64,000 nt of DNA from Candidatus Poribacteria bacterium (GCA_965218095.1 OZ244587.1:320001-384000); one strand, 5' to 3'; shown: positions 23,007 to 33,795, counted from the first letter of the stretch. Numbers and translations: made by a program. The notes: generated by a model not told the origin, from the letters alone.

Positions 23007-24104
23007 TTATCGTTTGTAGTCATTGACAGCCGCCAATGCTTCAGGTGTACCAATCCTTATCAAGGACTCAAGTACTTGGTTGTAAACCCAGTCGCTCTCA
23101 TCATCAAGTGCTTCTATCAGAGCTGGTACCGCATTATGAGCAGGTTCGCCAATCCGTCCCAACGTGAGAGCGGCTTCATAACGAACAGGCGGATTCTCAT
23201 CGCGTAACGCCTCAATCAACGCTGGCACAACATCATCAATCCATTCGCCTATTTCTCCAAATTCGCTTATTTCTCCAAAGCTCCAAGCGATTGCCACACG
23301 AAATCTCGGACTCTCATCGTTCAATGACTCAATCAATGTGGGAATAATCGTATCGGTTGGTTGACCAATCTCAGCCAGTGCGTAAACAGCCTCCAGACGA
23401 ACGTCCTCATCTTCGTCGTTCAACGCCCCAATCAATGAGGGGACAGCCGCTTGCGCCGATTCGCCAATCCAACGCAAGGCATGCGCGGCTTCACGACGAA
23501 CGACCGGATTCTCATCGTTCAGTGCATCAATCGCGGCTGGAACAGCAGGTTCTCCCACTGTACCAAAGGCAGCAACAGCGTCGTAACGAATCGCCTCATT
23601 CTCATGCCGCAATGCTTCATTTAATACGGTAATCGTCGCAGGCATCGTGGATGGCTGCCCGATGCTTCCTAAAGCGTGAGCAGCACGGAGACGAACTTCG
23701 ATTTGAGCATGGGTCAAAAGTTCGACCAACGGAGGCACGGCAGGTTGACCGATTTGAGCGAGTACGCTTATCGCGGCAGAGGGTATATAATCAACATATA
23801 ACCGAAAAGGCGGATTTGGGCTGACGTGGGGTGGTGGTGTGAATTCACCAGCGAGGGCACCGATCAACGTAGGCACCGCTGGCTCACCAATGTCAATCAA
23901 TCTCTCCGCTGCTTGGGTAGCCGGGTGATTTGTCACTCGCGCGAGTGTATCATATCCAAGCTCCGTAACGAGTCGCTGAATTTCCTCATCTAACGACTCG
24001 CCTTCATCAAACTCACAACCAACCGTCAAAATGACAAGACACAGAACCGCCACGGAGATTTTGCGAATGCTTTTGCCGAAAACGAAACCCATTGACGTTA
24101 TCAT
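23007..24104 (-). CDS. HEAT-repeat (PBS lyase-like) lipoprotein
   Basis: Lipobox TVGC; repeats such as VRxxAAxALGxIG and AVPALIEALxD. Confidence 0.9.
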   Translation of the reverse strand: MITSMGFVFGKSIRKISVAVLCLVILTVGCEFDEGESLDEEIQRLVTELGYDTLARVTNHPATQAAERLIDIGEPAVPTLIGALAGEFTPPPHVSPNPPFRLYVDYIPSAAISVLAQIGQPAVPPLVELLTHAQIEVRLRAAHALGSIGQPSTMPATITVLNEALRHENEAIRYDAVAAFGTVGEPAVPAAIDALNDENPVVRREAAHALRWIGESAQAAVPSLIGALNDEDEDVRLEAVYALAEIGQPTDTIIPTLIESLNDESPRFRVAIAWSFGEISEFGEIGEWIDDVVPALIEALRDENPPVRYEAALTLGRIGEPAHNAVPALIEALDDESDWVYNQVLESLIRIGTPEALAAVNDYKR

Positions 24105-24142
24105 TTATCCAATCTCCACGATCTGCCATTTTCCAGCTATTG

Positions 24143-24280
24143 TCCTAACGACCAAGTTCAGTTGTCCGTTGCACGGACGAGCGTCAGCCGCCGTGCCGAA
24201 GGCAGCCAGTCGTCAACTCCCGCGCCGTTGAGGCGGATCCGAGCGCAGCAAGCAGACGCTGCCTCAACTCTTGATTAGAC
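24143..24280 (-). other. attC-like recombination site
   Basis: Minus strand GTCTAAT...GGACAACTGAACTTGGTCGTTAGGA; right arm nearly identical to 53821-53862. Confidence 0.7.
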
Positions 24281-24809
24281 TGCATTTTTGCAGCCTAATC
24301 CCTGATTTTACGATGAGATCGTTGAAACTTTTCTGGCGAGTTGTCTTTGTGGGACGCAGATTCACGCAGATACCCGCAGATAAAAACGGATGCCTCCATT
24401 TGACTACAATCTCACACGAGCCCTTGAGGGTAGGCAATTGTACTTGTGCTGTTTTGTCTCCGTACGGCGAGGCATATGCCATCGCCCCGATTTTCTGCAA
24501 ATCAGCGTTTATCTGCATCCTGACTCTTTCAAAAAGTTTCAATCAGTTCGATATTATACGGCATTTTTGCCGTATAATGTCAGATAAACATACCTTTAAT
24601 CCCATAAAGCGACGTTCGGTCACACGACCTTACTAACATTTTAACATTTCCAGTCAAGTCAATACCAACAAATCAAACAACGAAAATCTGACTTTCTGTT
24701 CCATTTGTCAGATTTCCAAAGCAAAGCCAGACCATTACTGGATTGTATCAACTTTTGTTATCTCCGCTTGAAACGGAATACTGCATCCTGTGAAGGTATC
24801 CCCCTGCAT

Positions 24810-26747
24810 CTACCTTGAGCTGCCAAAGAAGATACGCATATGGATAATGTCGCCGACAATCGTCCAGAAACCTCCAACCATATACCCTCCCAAAATCAAC
24901 TCAAGAAAGAACGGCCGTGCTTGTCGGTGCAGCTTGAGCCCGCCGTATTTGAGGACAACCCACTTGGCGATAAAGCCGATAAAAACAGAGAACCAGAAGA
25001 TGTTGATGTCGTGACTATTTGAAATGGCATACCCTACCGGGTGAAACGGAAACCATAGAAATAGCCTTCGCATGACAGTGAAGAAGAGGACAACCACAAA
25101 GCCAACACCTACAGCCCCTGCCCCGGTATAGTCAAATTCAGACGGATGAAGCATCCAGTTCTGCAAGCGAATATACCCGGCGCTTGCAAACCGCTCAAGA
25201 GAGCTGCCTCCGGAGTCGAAAGCGATATGCAAATAGACCCAGAAGAAGCTGACCATTCCTATAATCAAAGCGACGGTCATCGCAAAAACTAACCCACCAG
25301 TGCCTTTTCTCATTCGATTGGCCAGGGCGAACCCTTCGATTTGATGGGGCATCGGGTGAGCGCGATAGGTAAAGTTAAAGAAATTGAGCATCGTCAGCAC
25401 TGTCAAGTTCTGGGCGCCGAAACGACGAGAACCCAAAATATCGGGTAGCACCTGGTCGGGGCCGGTAAAAACAAAATCGTGAAACGGGGCACCGAATTCG
25501 GCTCGAATTCGCGTCACGCCAAGCGAGACAAGATAATAGAGCAGAAAAAAGGTGATACTAATCCAAACAGCGAGTCCCGCCTTCTAGAGAAAAAACGTCA
25601 AAAAGCAGATACCTCCAACGGTGCCGATGAACGCGGTTTTATAGCGCATCGGTTCATGAGAATCGTCCAGTATACTGCCGCCTAGCATCCTCTTAAAAAT
25701 CGCGGTGAGATGTCTCCGGTTTGACCAGAGCGCTACCGATACGATGCCCAGCAGCGCACCAAACGATTGCTGAATCTGAACAATGGAATAAGAGCCCGCA
25801 ACGAACTGAAACCCCATTGTCACGACAAGCATTTTCTGAATCTTCCAAAACCAATAGAAAATCCAGCAAGAAAAAGACATCTCTAACGGCATAAAGAACG
25901 ACAGCCCAACCATCGGGAGGATAATCCCAGTCGGTATCCCTCCTATCGCGTTCCATGGACTAGATGTGAAGTAGGCGCCCAGGTTATGATAGTAAGGGAT
26001 CCACTTAATGGATGGGATAGTCGGAAAAATCCAACCCAAACCATTGATCAGCGCAACCCCACCTGAAATGCCAACCCCAATCCACAATCCCCTATTCTTG
26101 AAGATTGCCAGCGTCGAATCTGTCATCTCCAAAGGGAGTTGAATAATCGGATAGGATAGCTTTTCGTTTTCAACCCATGCCCTTCTGACAATCACATTGA
26201 TACAAATCATCACAAAGACGAGTACCACGACGAAAGCAGACCACCACAGACAGGGCGCCAGCCAACTGTTAATATGTTTGTCGATGTAGAGGGTTGACTC
26301 CCCCTTATAATATTCATCCAGTACATGTTTGTCGCTCACCGAAAGCCATGACGGGATATGTCGCCAGAACAACTCTCTCCACTCATTTTCGGGTGTGGCG
26401 TGGCGGAAGGGGACCTCCATGATGGTCGTCAGGGTTTGCATCATCTGGAACGATTGAATCGCAGAGGTTAAGCTTAACATAACATAGACGGTTATCAATT
26501 CTCCCTGAGTCAGGGCAAGCTGGGGCGCGAATTTCCTCAAAGGGATGTTGAGAAGCAGGAGGACACCAATAATGAAGATAACATTAAAGAAAGGGGATAT
26601 AATTGTGGGAACGGATTGATACTGGTAGGGCTGTCGAGAAATGACCAGCCAATGGGCATCGATGGGGATTAAAATCAGCCCCAGCCATACCGCGCGCGCG
26701 GAAACGACTGATGGCAGAGAAACATCCGATGAGCGTTTTGGGTTCAT
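24810..26747 (-). pseudogene. DUF6785/DUF6784-type membrane protein (putative peptide transporter) with in-frame amber stop
   Basis: WVENEKLSYPI, TRIRAEFGAP, WFPFHPVGY; ORFs 25584-26771 and 24810-25517 are in the same frame across TAG 25584. Confidence 0.8.
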
Positions 26748-27637
26748 ATCTTCCGACAAAAAGAGCCCCATGCATGATGCACAGGGCTAAGACGCTGACA
26801 GAATAGAACACTACTTATAGTTTGTATCAAATGACCCCATGAGCTAAACTAAAAGGAGATGGTATTGCCATCAACTACAATCCACTCATGGAGGTCAATA
26901 TGAAACCACAAAGCAATACAGCCTACGGTATCAACCGTCTACAATCAAAGACCGCAAGGGCAGCCATCATTCAGAAGATTTCATCAGACTTTAATCTAAT
27001 GCCACTGATTGCCGAAGCCTACTATAAACAGATTGCTTCCTACTTTGCTCAACATGCCGAAATTGAACTCACGTCAGGCCAAATCTGCTATGAGGCAGTC
27101 GCAGCCGATGAACCGGCAGGCAAACATATCGCGTTAGCGAAAAAAGTCTCATGTCAACTCACTCTCAATGATGTCCAAACTGACCTTGAGATGTTAGCCG
27201 ATTATGGGCTTTCTGGACTCAGACGCCATCGAATTCTCCGATTAACCAAACAAGCCTATGACCAAGATGCCCTGCTCAGCTATGAAGATTTAGCGGTGCT
27301 ATTAACCACCAGTCCAGCGACCGTCAAGCGCGACATTCGACAGTTGAAACAGGACGGTTACTTTGTTATGACTCGCGGTGCCAAACATGACATGGGGCCT
27401 GGCATCTCTCATAAGACTCAGATTCTGGAATTGTACTTCAAAGGGTATCAGTTCACTGAAATTGAGCAAAAGACTAATCATACCCAACGAGCGGTCTGGC
27501 GATACTTGCGCGATTTCACACAGGTAGCAAGCCTCCATCATCAAGGCTTTCCAAAGGGACAGATACGGCTCATTACGCATCTATCGGACCGACTAATTCG
27601 GGAGTATCTCTTGCTATATGATGAGTACCAACTATAT

Positions 27638-28746
27638 GAGGGGTGTGCATAAATATAGTTGACATAATCAAGCCAAAAGGGTTTCCTATTGTTATCATAG
27701 CAAAAGGAGCCCCAATATGGTACAAAGACCAATGTTGGCTGATTATGTCACTCTTATTATGCAACTCTTTGAGCAGTTTATGCAACACCGTATTGACAAA
27801 CCAGGTGTCACACACGCAAAACCATTGACATATTCAACCACCTCGTTTATCATTTTCTTCATGTTGATGCAGTTTCACGGCATCTATGGCTTCAAAACGC
27901 AATGGCGGTGGCTAATCAATCACCCAGAAGTGTTACAAATGCTGGGGTGGCAACAGCCCCCTCATCGAACCACGATTGCACGTCGCTATAAGGCATTATA
28001 TGAAGTGATAGAGGTATTTGTATTGTTTATCGGTCAGTATGCCACTGACTTGTCCCAACAATTCAACTTGGCTCATCTGGTAGCCGACAAAAGTTTATTT
28101 AAGGCACGAGGACCCGTCTGGCATCAAACTGACCGCAAAGCAGGAAAAGCACCTAAACATCTACGCAACCTCGACACCGATGCCACGTGGAGCAAGAGTG
28201 GTTATCATGGCTGGGTCTATGGCTACGGACTTCACATTATCTGCACACAAGGTGCGTTCCCAACACTGATAACTGTGCACCGTGCGTCGGTCTCCGAAAG
28301 TTGGGCGATAGATGCTAAAGCGTCTGAGATTCTGACACAACTTTCACCGCAGACACTCACTGCCGATGATGCCTATACCCAAGCAGACCGTATCCGTCGT
28401 TGGGCGAAGGCACAAGTCGCTTTGATTACCCCGGCACTTAGATGGACAAAGGGACGGTTTGCCAAGGCGTATCATCGATTTATCAACCAACCCAAGCAGC
28501 GTCTCTGTTTAAGCAAACGTCGCAGTTCGGTTGAACCGTTGTTTGACTTGATTGCTAAAGTGATAGGCACCACTCCTCAACAGAAGCAGTTACCGGTCAA
28601 GGGGTTTTTCAATGTACGCTGTTGTTTAGCTATCGGGGTGTTATCAGTGCAAGTGGCTATGATTGCCAATGCCATATGGAAGTTACCTGCTCGCAATATC
28701 TCTCATATGGCGGCTGTTTTCCAATGAACTACTATGCACACCCCTC
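27638..28746 (+). mobile_element. IS element (DDE_Tnp_1-type) nested in DUF1670 gene A
   Basis: 14-bp TIR GAGGGGTGTGCATA/TATGCACACCCCTC; 8-bp target duplication AACTATAT at 27630 and 28747. Confidence 0.92.
27717..28727 (+). CDS. DDE transposase
   Basis: VADKS, DATWSKS..GWVYGYGLH, ADDAY, RSSVEPLF. Confidence 0.9.
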   Translation: MVQRPMLADYVTLIMQLFEQFMQHRIDKPGVTHAKPLTYSTTSFIIFFMLMQFHGIYGFKTQWRWLINHPEVLQMLGWQQPPHRTTIARRYKALYEVIEVFVLFIGQYATDLSQQFNLAHLVADKSLFKARGPVWHQTDRKAGKAPKHLRNLDTDATWSKSGYHGWVYGYGLHIICTQGAFPTLITVHRASVSESWAIDAKASEILTQLSPQTLTADDAYTQADRIRRWAKAQVALITPALRWTKGRFAKAYHRFINQPKQRLCLSKRRSSVEPLFDLIAKVIGTTPQQKQLPVKGFFNVRCCLAIGVLSVQVAMIANAIWKLPARNISHMAAVFQ

Positions 28747-28831
28747 AACTATATGATGAGTACCAACAAACACAACGAATGACTCAACTCCTTCACCCGG
28801 AACCGGTTGATGCGGAAAAGGGGAACCCCTC

Positions 28832-29724
28832 ATGAGTAAACCCTTGACTCGAACCGAAGTCAACGAGAAGAAATTCAGACGCCTCAATGATAAATCCCTG
28901 CAATAGCTACTAATTCATCGCTTTATCAATTCTTACGGTTATGACAAAGGAGAAGTCACGGCGGCTGTCATTGTTGATGACATTGTCAAAACCATTGAAG
29001 GCTATTTCTTGATTGCCCTCCCCCTTGAGAAACTCGCCACAGGAGACCAAATCCCTAATCAGCGAATGCTCAGTTATGGGCAATTGGTCTGGATGGCTGT
29101 GCCGATTGATGAATACCCACAAAAAGGGAAGTCAATCGTCAAAACCGCTATGAAGCTGGTTGTTCTGACCTACCTCGCTTCTGAGGATATTGAATCCTTT
29201 CGCAACGGTTTTACTTCCCGGCAACTCAGAATCAATTGATTAGTCCGATGGTGTTATCAAGCCTATGACCAAGGCGCATTATTGACCCAACTCGACCTAG
29301 CTGTGTTGCTCAATATCTGTGATGCCATCGTCAGCGACTATGTCAATGAGTGGCAAAAAAATAGTGGAAAACTCTTGCCCACCCGGGGCAATATCCATGA
29401 TTTATCGGGAGCGATTACCCACAAGAAAGAGATTGTTACCCTCTATCTCCAAGGGCATCTGCTGCCAAAACCAGCCACTCTAAAGAAGCGGTTGACCGGT
29501 ACATTCGCGATTATGAGTCCGTTAAGACGGTTCGTGCCGCTACGGAGGATATTGACAAAATCTCTCAGATTACCCGGCTCTCCAAACGCGTCATCTCTCA
29601 ATATCTTGACCTGATTCCTCAACATTCGCTTGATGACATGGACGCTAACTTAGCAACCGAATCAGAAAGCTGTAAAGATGCCAACACCCTGTTCCGTTCC
29701 GAACCTACAGGAGACCCCCAATGA
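28832..29724 (+). pseudogene. DUF1670-like protein B, pseudogene
   Basis: QAYDQGALLTQLDLAVLL, LPTRGNIHDLSGAITHK, KTSHSKEAVDRYIRD; stops at 28904 and 29237, frameshift near 29465. Confidence 0.82.
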
Positions 29725-29791
29725 TAAAATCGGACAAACGTTGCTTAGCGTTTTGCCCAACAAAACATCGTAATTTTACTTGAAGATTGGT

Positions 29792-29820
29792 TTGACACCC
29801 GCTATCTTTTTTGCTATACT
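29792..29820 (+). promoter_or_regulatory. Sigma-70 promoter inside the right end of the DUF1670 element
   Basis: TTGACA-17 nt-TATACT with extended -10 TG. Confidence 0.75.
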
Positions 29821-29825
29821 TCGTT

Positions 29826-29954
29826 ACGCTTATATCCAAGCGTATCCATTTCTCGAAGGAGATGCGAGTTCACCCAATCCAACCCGCTCATGGGTGATGG
29901 CTGGAAGGCAATAGACATCAGCATTCCAACCATCATCTGGTCATTTGATACTAT
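29826..29954 (+). ncRNA. Putative structured non-coding RNA of the DUF1670 element
   Basis: Downstream of consensus promoter; hairpins TACGCTT/AAGCGTA, CACCCA/TGGGTG and a 14/17 stem 29893-29937; no substantial ORF. Confidence 0.35.
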
Positions 29955-31053
29955 TTCAAGATGACCATCTTACGGGTTTCCTCGTAGTCGTTGGTCGTCA
30001 GTGTGTAGAAGTACACCCTAGCTGCGACCGGTTCCCTGTGTTCGTTGCGGCCATCCCAATATGCCGCCTTCGTCCGATAGGTGTAGAAGCCCGCCTTCTG
30101 ATGCCCCAGAGCAAATTGACGCACTAACGCGCCGTTGATGTCGTAGATCGAGATCTGCACATCGGTGTCGTTGGCGAGTTGGTAAGGCATCCACGTCTCC
30201 GGGTTGAACGGGTTAGGATAGTTCTGCAACAGCGCGGTTTCTGTCATGGTTGGTCGTTGCAAACGCGGCGTGATAGGCGTGATGTGCGACGACATATCCC
30301 ACAGCAGAATCGTTCCATCATTTGCTCCCGATGCGAGGAGGGTGCCGTCGGGCGAAAACGCCACAAACTTAACCTCATACCTATGCTCTTGTAGTGTGTT
30401 GATGTTTCGGCCGGTCGAAACCTCCCATAATTTGACCGTTCCATCACCATCCCCCGATGCGAGGACGGTGCCGTCGGGCGAAAATGCCACAGAATAGACT
30501 CCATCCGTATGCCTGTGTAGTGTCGCGAGATTTCGTCCCGTTTCTACATCCCACAGTTTGAGTTTCCCCTCTTCGGGGAAGTTACCCCTTGCCCCCGATG
30601 CGATTTTTGTGCCATTGATCGAAAACGCCACAGAGTAGACCGCACCCCTATGCCCTTGTAGTGTGGCGATGTTTTGTCCGGTCGAAACCTTCCACAGTTT
30701 GACCGTTTCATCATAAGACCCTGACGCGAGGACGGTGCCGTCGGGCGAAAACGCTACAGAGTTGCCCCCATCTGTATGCCCTTGGAGTGTAGCGATGTTT
30801 TGTCCGGTCGCAACGTCCCACAGTTTAACCCCTCCTGCTTCGCCGGACTTATCCCATGACGCCGATGCGAGTTTTGTGCCGTCGGGCGAGAACGCCATAG
30901 ACTCGACTATCCGCGCATGCCCTTGGAGTGTAGCGATGTTTCGTCCGGTCGAAACCTCCCACAGGTTGATTATTCCACCCTCTGCCCCCGACGCGAGAAT
31001 GATGCTGTCGGGCGAAAACACTATATCACGGGCCGACCCTTTATGCCCTTTTA

Positions 31054-31901
31054 GGTTCTGTTGACATTTGAGTATAAGGTTGTGGCATAATAGAAGAATG
31101 ACGCCAATAACCTTACCTGATGAACAATGGAATAAGATATACCGGTTTCTTCTTAGCTGTCCCACCATCTATGTTGGCGACGAAGCTGCTACACGCCGCT
31201 TCGTCGAAGCAGTTCTGTGGGTGACTCGTAGTGGCGCTCAATGGAGACTTCTACCAGACACCTATGGCAAATGGAACACCCGCTACAAGCGGTTTGCTCG
31301 ATGGTGCGACAAAGGTATCTTCACACAGATGCACCACCACTTCGCCTCTGACCCCGATATCGAGTCGCTTATTGTGGACAGTACCATCTGCCGCGCTCAC
31401 CCGTCTGCGGCGGGCGCCTTAAAAAGCTGGCGCCTTAAAAAAAAGGGTGGCACTGAAAACCAAGCATTAGGTCGCTCTCGGGGCGGTTTCAGTACAAAAA
31501 ATCACATCACAGTTGACGGACTAGGCAATCCCCTAAGAATTCATCTGACACCCGGTCAGAGACATGACATAACTGAGGCGGAAGGGTTGATAATCGGATA
31601 TAACAGTGAATATGTGATTGGAGACAAGGGGTACGATTCGGACGCTTTTATCGCCGTTATTGAGGCGAATGGAGCAATTGCGGTGATACCGCCAAAAAGT
31701 CATCGTGTTGACCAAAGAACGTATGACAAACACTTATACAAAGAGAGACATCGGGTTGAATGTTTCATCAACAAGATAAAATGGTATCGTCGTATCTTCT
31801 CTCGGTTTGTCTCTCGGTTTGAGAAGCTAGCTGTCCGTTATTTTGGATTTCTCAGCTTTGTCGCCACTCTTATATGGCTCCGTTGAAATGTCAACAGAAC
31901 C
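31054..31901 (+). mobile_element. IS5-family element
   Basis: TIR GGTTCTGTTGACATTT/AAATGTCAACAGAACC, TA duplication; removal restores IATLKGHK of the WD40 gene. Confidence 0.93.
31098..31886 (+). CDS. IS5-family transposase (two ORFs fused in frame)
   Basis: RSGAQWRLLP, VDST, GRSRGGFSTK, GDKGYD, YKERHRVE. Confidence 0.88.
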   Translation: MTPITLPDEQWNKIYRFLLSCPTIYVGDEAATRRFVEAVLWVTRSGAQWRLLPDTYGKWNTRYKRFARWCDKGIFTQMHHHFASDPDIESLIVDSTICRAHPSAAGALKSWRLKKKGGTENQALGRSRGGFSTKNHITVDGLGNPLRIHLTPGQRHDITEAEGLIIGYNSEYVIGDKGYDSDAFIAVIEANGAIAVIPPKSHRVDQRTYDKHLYKERHRVECFINKIKWYRRIFSRFVSRFEKLAVRYFGFLSFVATLIWLR

Positions 31902-32657
31902 TAGTGTGGCGATGTTTTGACCGGTCAAAACATCCCACAGTTTGACTGTCTTATCATCAGACCTCGATACGAGGAAGATACCGTTGGGCGAAAATACCAC
32001 AGCCCTTATATGCCCTTGTAGTGTAGCGATATTGTTGCCCGTCTCTACATCCCATAGTTTGACTGTCTTATCATTAGCCCCCGATGCGAGGACGGTGCCG
32101 TTGGGCGAAAACACTACATCCCGGACCGAATAATCCCCCTGTTCTATGAGTGTGGCGATATGTCGGCCCGTCGAAGCATCCTACAGTATGACATCTTCCC
32201 TTGACCATGACGCGATTTTGTGCCGTCGGGCGAAAACACCACAAACGCAAACACACCCGTATGCCCGGTGAGTAGCGCGAGTTCACGCCCCGTGTCCACA
32301 TCGTAAAGCCAGGCACCAATGAAAGTTACCACAGCGAGGTGTGAGCCATCGGGCGAAAAGGCAGGATACCTAACGCGTCCCTTTCCCAAGCGGGCAATCG
32401 CGCCGTTAGGTAAACTCCACGTCTGATAATCTTGATAATTTTGGACAGCGGCAACCTGTGGGAGAAGCATCCCCGCCGCGAGGGAGATCCATAAGAAAAG
32501 GCGTGCCCTTGTGGAAACGAGGGTGAAGCGAAAAGGTTGTTTTTTCATTCGGTTTGTACTTCTTATTATTTGTGTGTGAAAGGCATCCGTACCTCGATTG
32601 CGTTAACCCGGGGCGATCAAAATATGACAAAGGAGGTTAAAAGTCAAGGCTTTTTTT

Positions 32658-32687
32658 AGTAGGGGCGCGTTATGCCGTGCCCCTACT
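32658..32687. repeat. GTAG-type REP palindrome
   Basis: AGTAGGGGC...GCCCCTACT. Confidence 0.7.
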
Positions 32688-32703
32688 TGGTGGAGAGACA
32701 TCA

Positions 32704-33765
32704 TTACCAATCTTCTTCATAAAACGGCGTGCTTGGATAGCTGTAAACATTCCCCTCGTAATTTCTCAGCGTGATCTCCTCGTCATCAAACGACACAATC
32801 GGATCGGGGATGAGCGCGATTTTGCCGCCACCACCGGGGGCATCAACCACGTAATGCGGGACGCCGAGTCCAGAGATATGCCCACGCAAGGCGGCGACAA
32901 TCTCTAGCCCTTTCTTGATAGATGTGCGGAAGTGATCCGTCCCATAAACAAGGTCGGCCTGGTAGATATAGTACGGCTTTACGCGGATTTTGAGGAGCTT
33001 TTTCATCAGCTCGACCATGACCGCCGGATCGTCATTAACGCCTCTGAGCAGCACACACTGATTACCGAGCGGTATACCGGCATCAGCCAGCATGCTACAC
33101 GCTTTCGTGGTCTCCGGTGTGATTTCGCGTGGGTGGTTGAAGTGTGTGTTAATATAGAAGGGATGATACTTCTTGAGAATGGCGCATAACTCCGGTGTGA
33201 TGCGTTGTGGCAGGGTCACGGGGACTCGCGTGCCGATTCGGATGATCTCCAGATGTTCAATTGCGCGCAGACTGCCCACGATGTAATCGATTTTGCGGTC
33301 CGTCAGCATGAGCGAATCGCCGCCGGAGATAATCACATCGCGGATTTCAGGGTGTTCACGGATATACTGTACGCCCATTTCGATATTGTTGTCTGGAATG
33401 GAGTCCGGATCTCCAACTTTGCGTTTCCGCGTGCAGAATCGGCAGTAGATCGGACACATATAGTTGACATAAAATAGCGCCCGGTCAGGATAACGATGCG
33501 TAACATTGGGGACGTGACTATCGTCCTCCTCAGCGAGTGGATCATCCTCTTCAACTCCGGTTCTGATAAGTTCTTTCGGATCCGGGACAACCTGCTTCCA
33601 GATCGGATCGCCCGGTTCTTCAATCAGGCTTAAATAGTAAGGATTGATACGGATGGGAAATACTTCGTGGATGCGCCGCATCTCTTCGACATCGGCATCG
33701 AAGACTGCAGCAAGTTTTTCGGGGGTATTGACCGTATCCCGAACAAGACGTTTCCATTCTTCCAT
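32704..33765 (-). CDS. KamA family radical SAM protein (lysine 2,3-aminomutase-like)
   Basis: HRYPDR, CPIYCRFCTRKR, HFNHPRE, DAPGGGGK. Confidence 0.93.
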   Translation of the reverse strand: MEEWKRLVRDTVNTPEKLAAVFDADVEEMRRIHEVFPIRINPYYLSLIEEPGDPIWKQVVPDPKELIRTGVEEDDPLAEEDDSHVPNVTHRYPDRALFYVNYMCPIYCRFCTRKRKVGDPDSIPDNNIEMGVQYIREHPEIRDVIISGGDSLMLTDRKIDYIVGSLRAIEHLEIIRIGTRVPVTLPQRITPELCAILKKYHPFYINTHFNHPREITPETTKACSMLADAGIPLGNQCVLLRGVNDDPAVMVELMKKLLKIRVKPYYIYQADLVYGTDHFRTSIKKGLEIVAALRGHISGLGVPHYVVDAPGGGGKIALIPDPIVSFDDEEITLRNYEGNVYSYPSTPFYEEDW

Positions 33766-33795
33766 GAGTTTGTCAAAGCCTTTCTAATAATAAAG

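Larger units (their letters stand above)
26900..28835 (+). pseudogene. DUF1670-like protein A, interrupted near its 3' end by an IS
   Basis: QAYDQDALLSYEDLAVLL, TRGAKHDMGPGISHK; frame resumes at 28755 and ends GNPS* overlapping the ATG of gene B. Confidence 0.8.
26817..29954 (+). mobile_element. Tandem-DUF1670 mobile element with subterminal inverted repeats
   Basis: GTATCAAATGACC at 26824-26836 and GGTCATTTGATAC at 29939-29951; TT at 26815-16 and 29955-56; removing it restores ...ATCTTGAAGTAG plus the terminator seen at 19916. Confidence 0.85.
29951..32548 (-). pseudogene. Secreted WD40-repeat protein with CTD, interrupted by an IS5-family element and frameshifted
   Basis: MKKQPFRFTL leader; many GH...VAFSPDG...VKLWD repeats; LQNYPNPFNPETW; RKMVILK. 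Confidence 0.9.

Noticed and set aside
27717-28727. Nested DDE transposase as the mobiliser of the DUF1670 element
   Set aside because: It has its own TIRs and 8-bp target duplication and interrupts gene A, so it is a later independent insertion.
30290-31050. Regularly spaced DNA repeats (GCCGTCGGGCGAAAA) suggesting a CRISPR array or DGR
   Set aside because: They are in-frame WD40 repeat codons (FSPDG); no cas genes or reverse transcriptase in the window.
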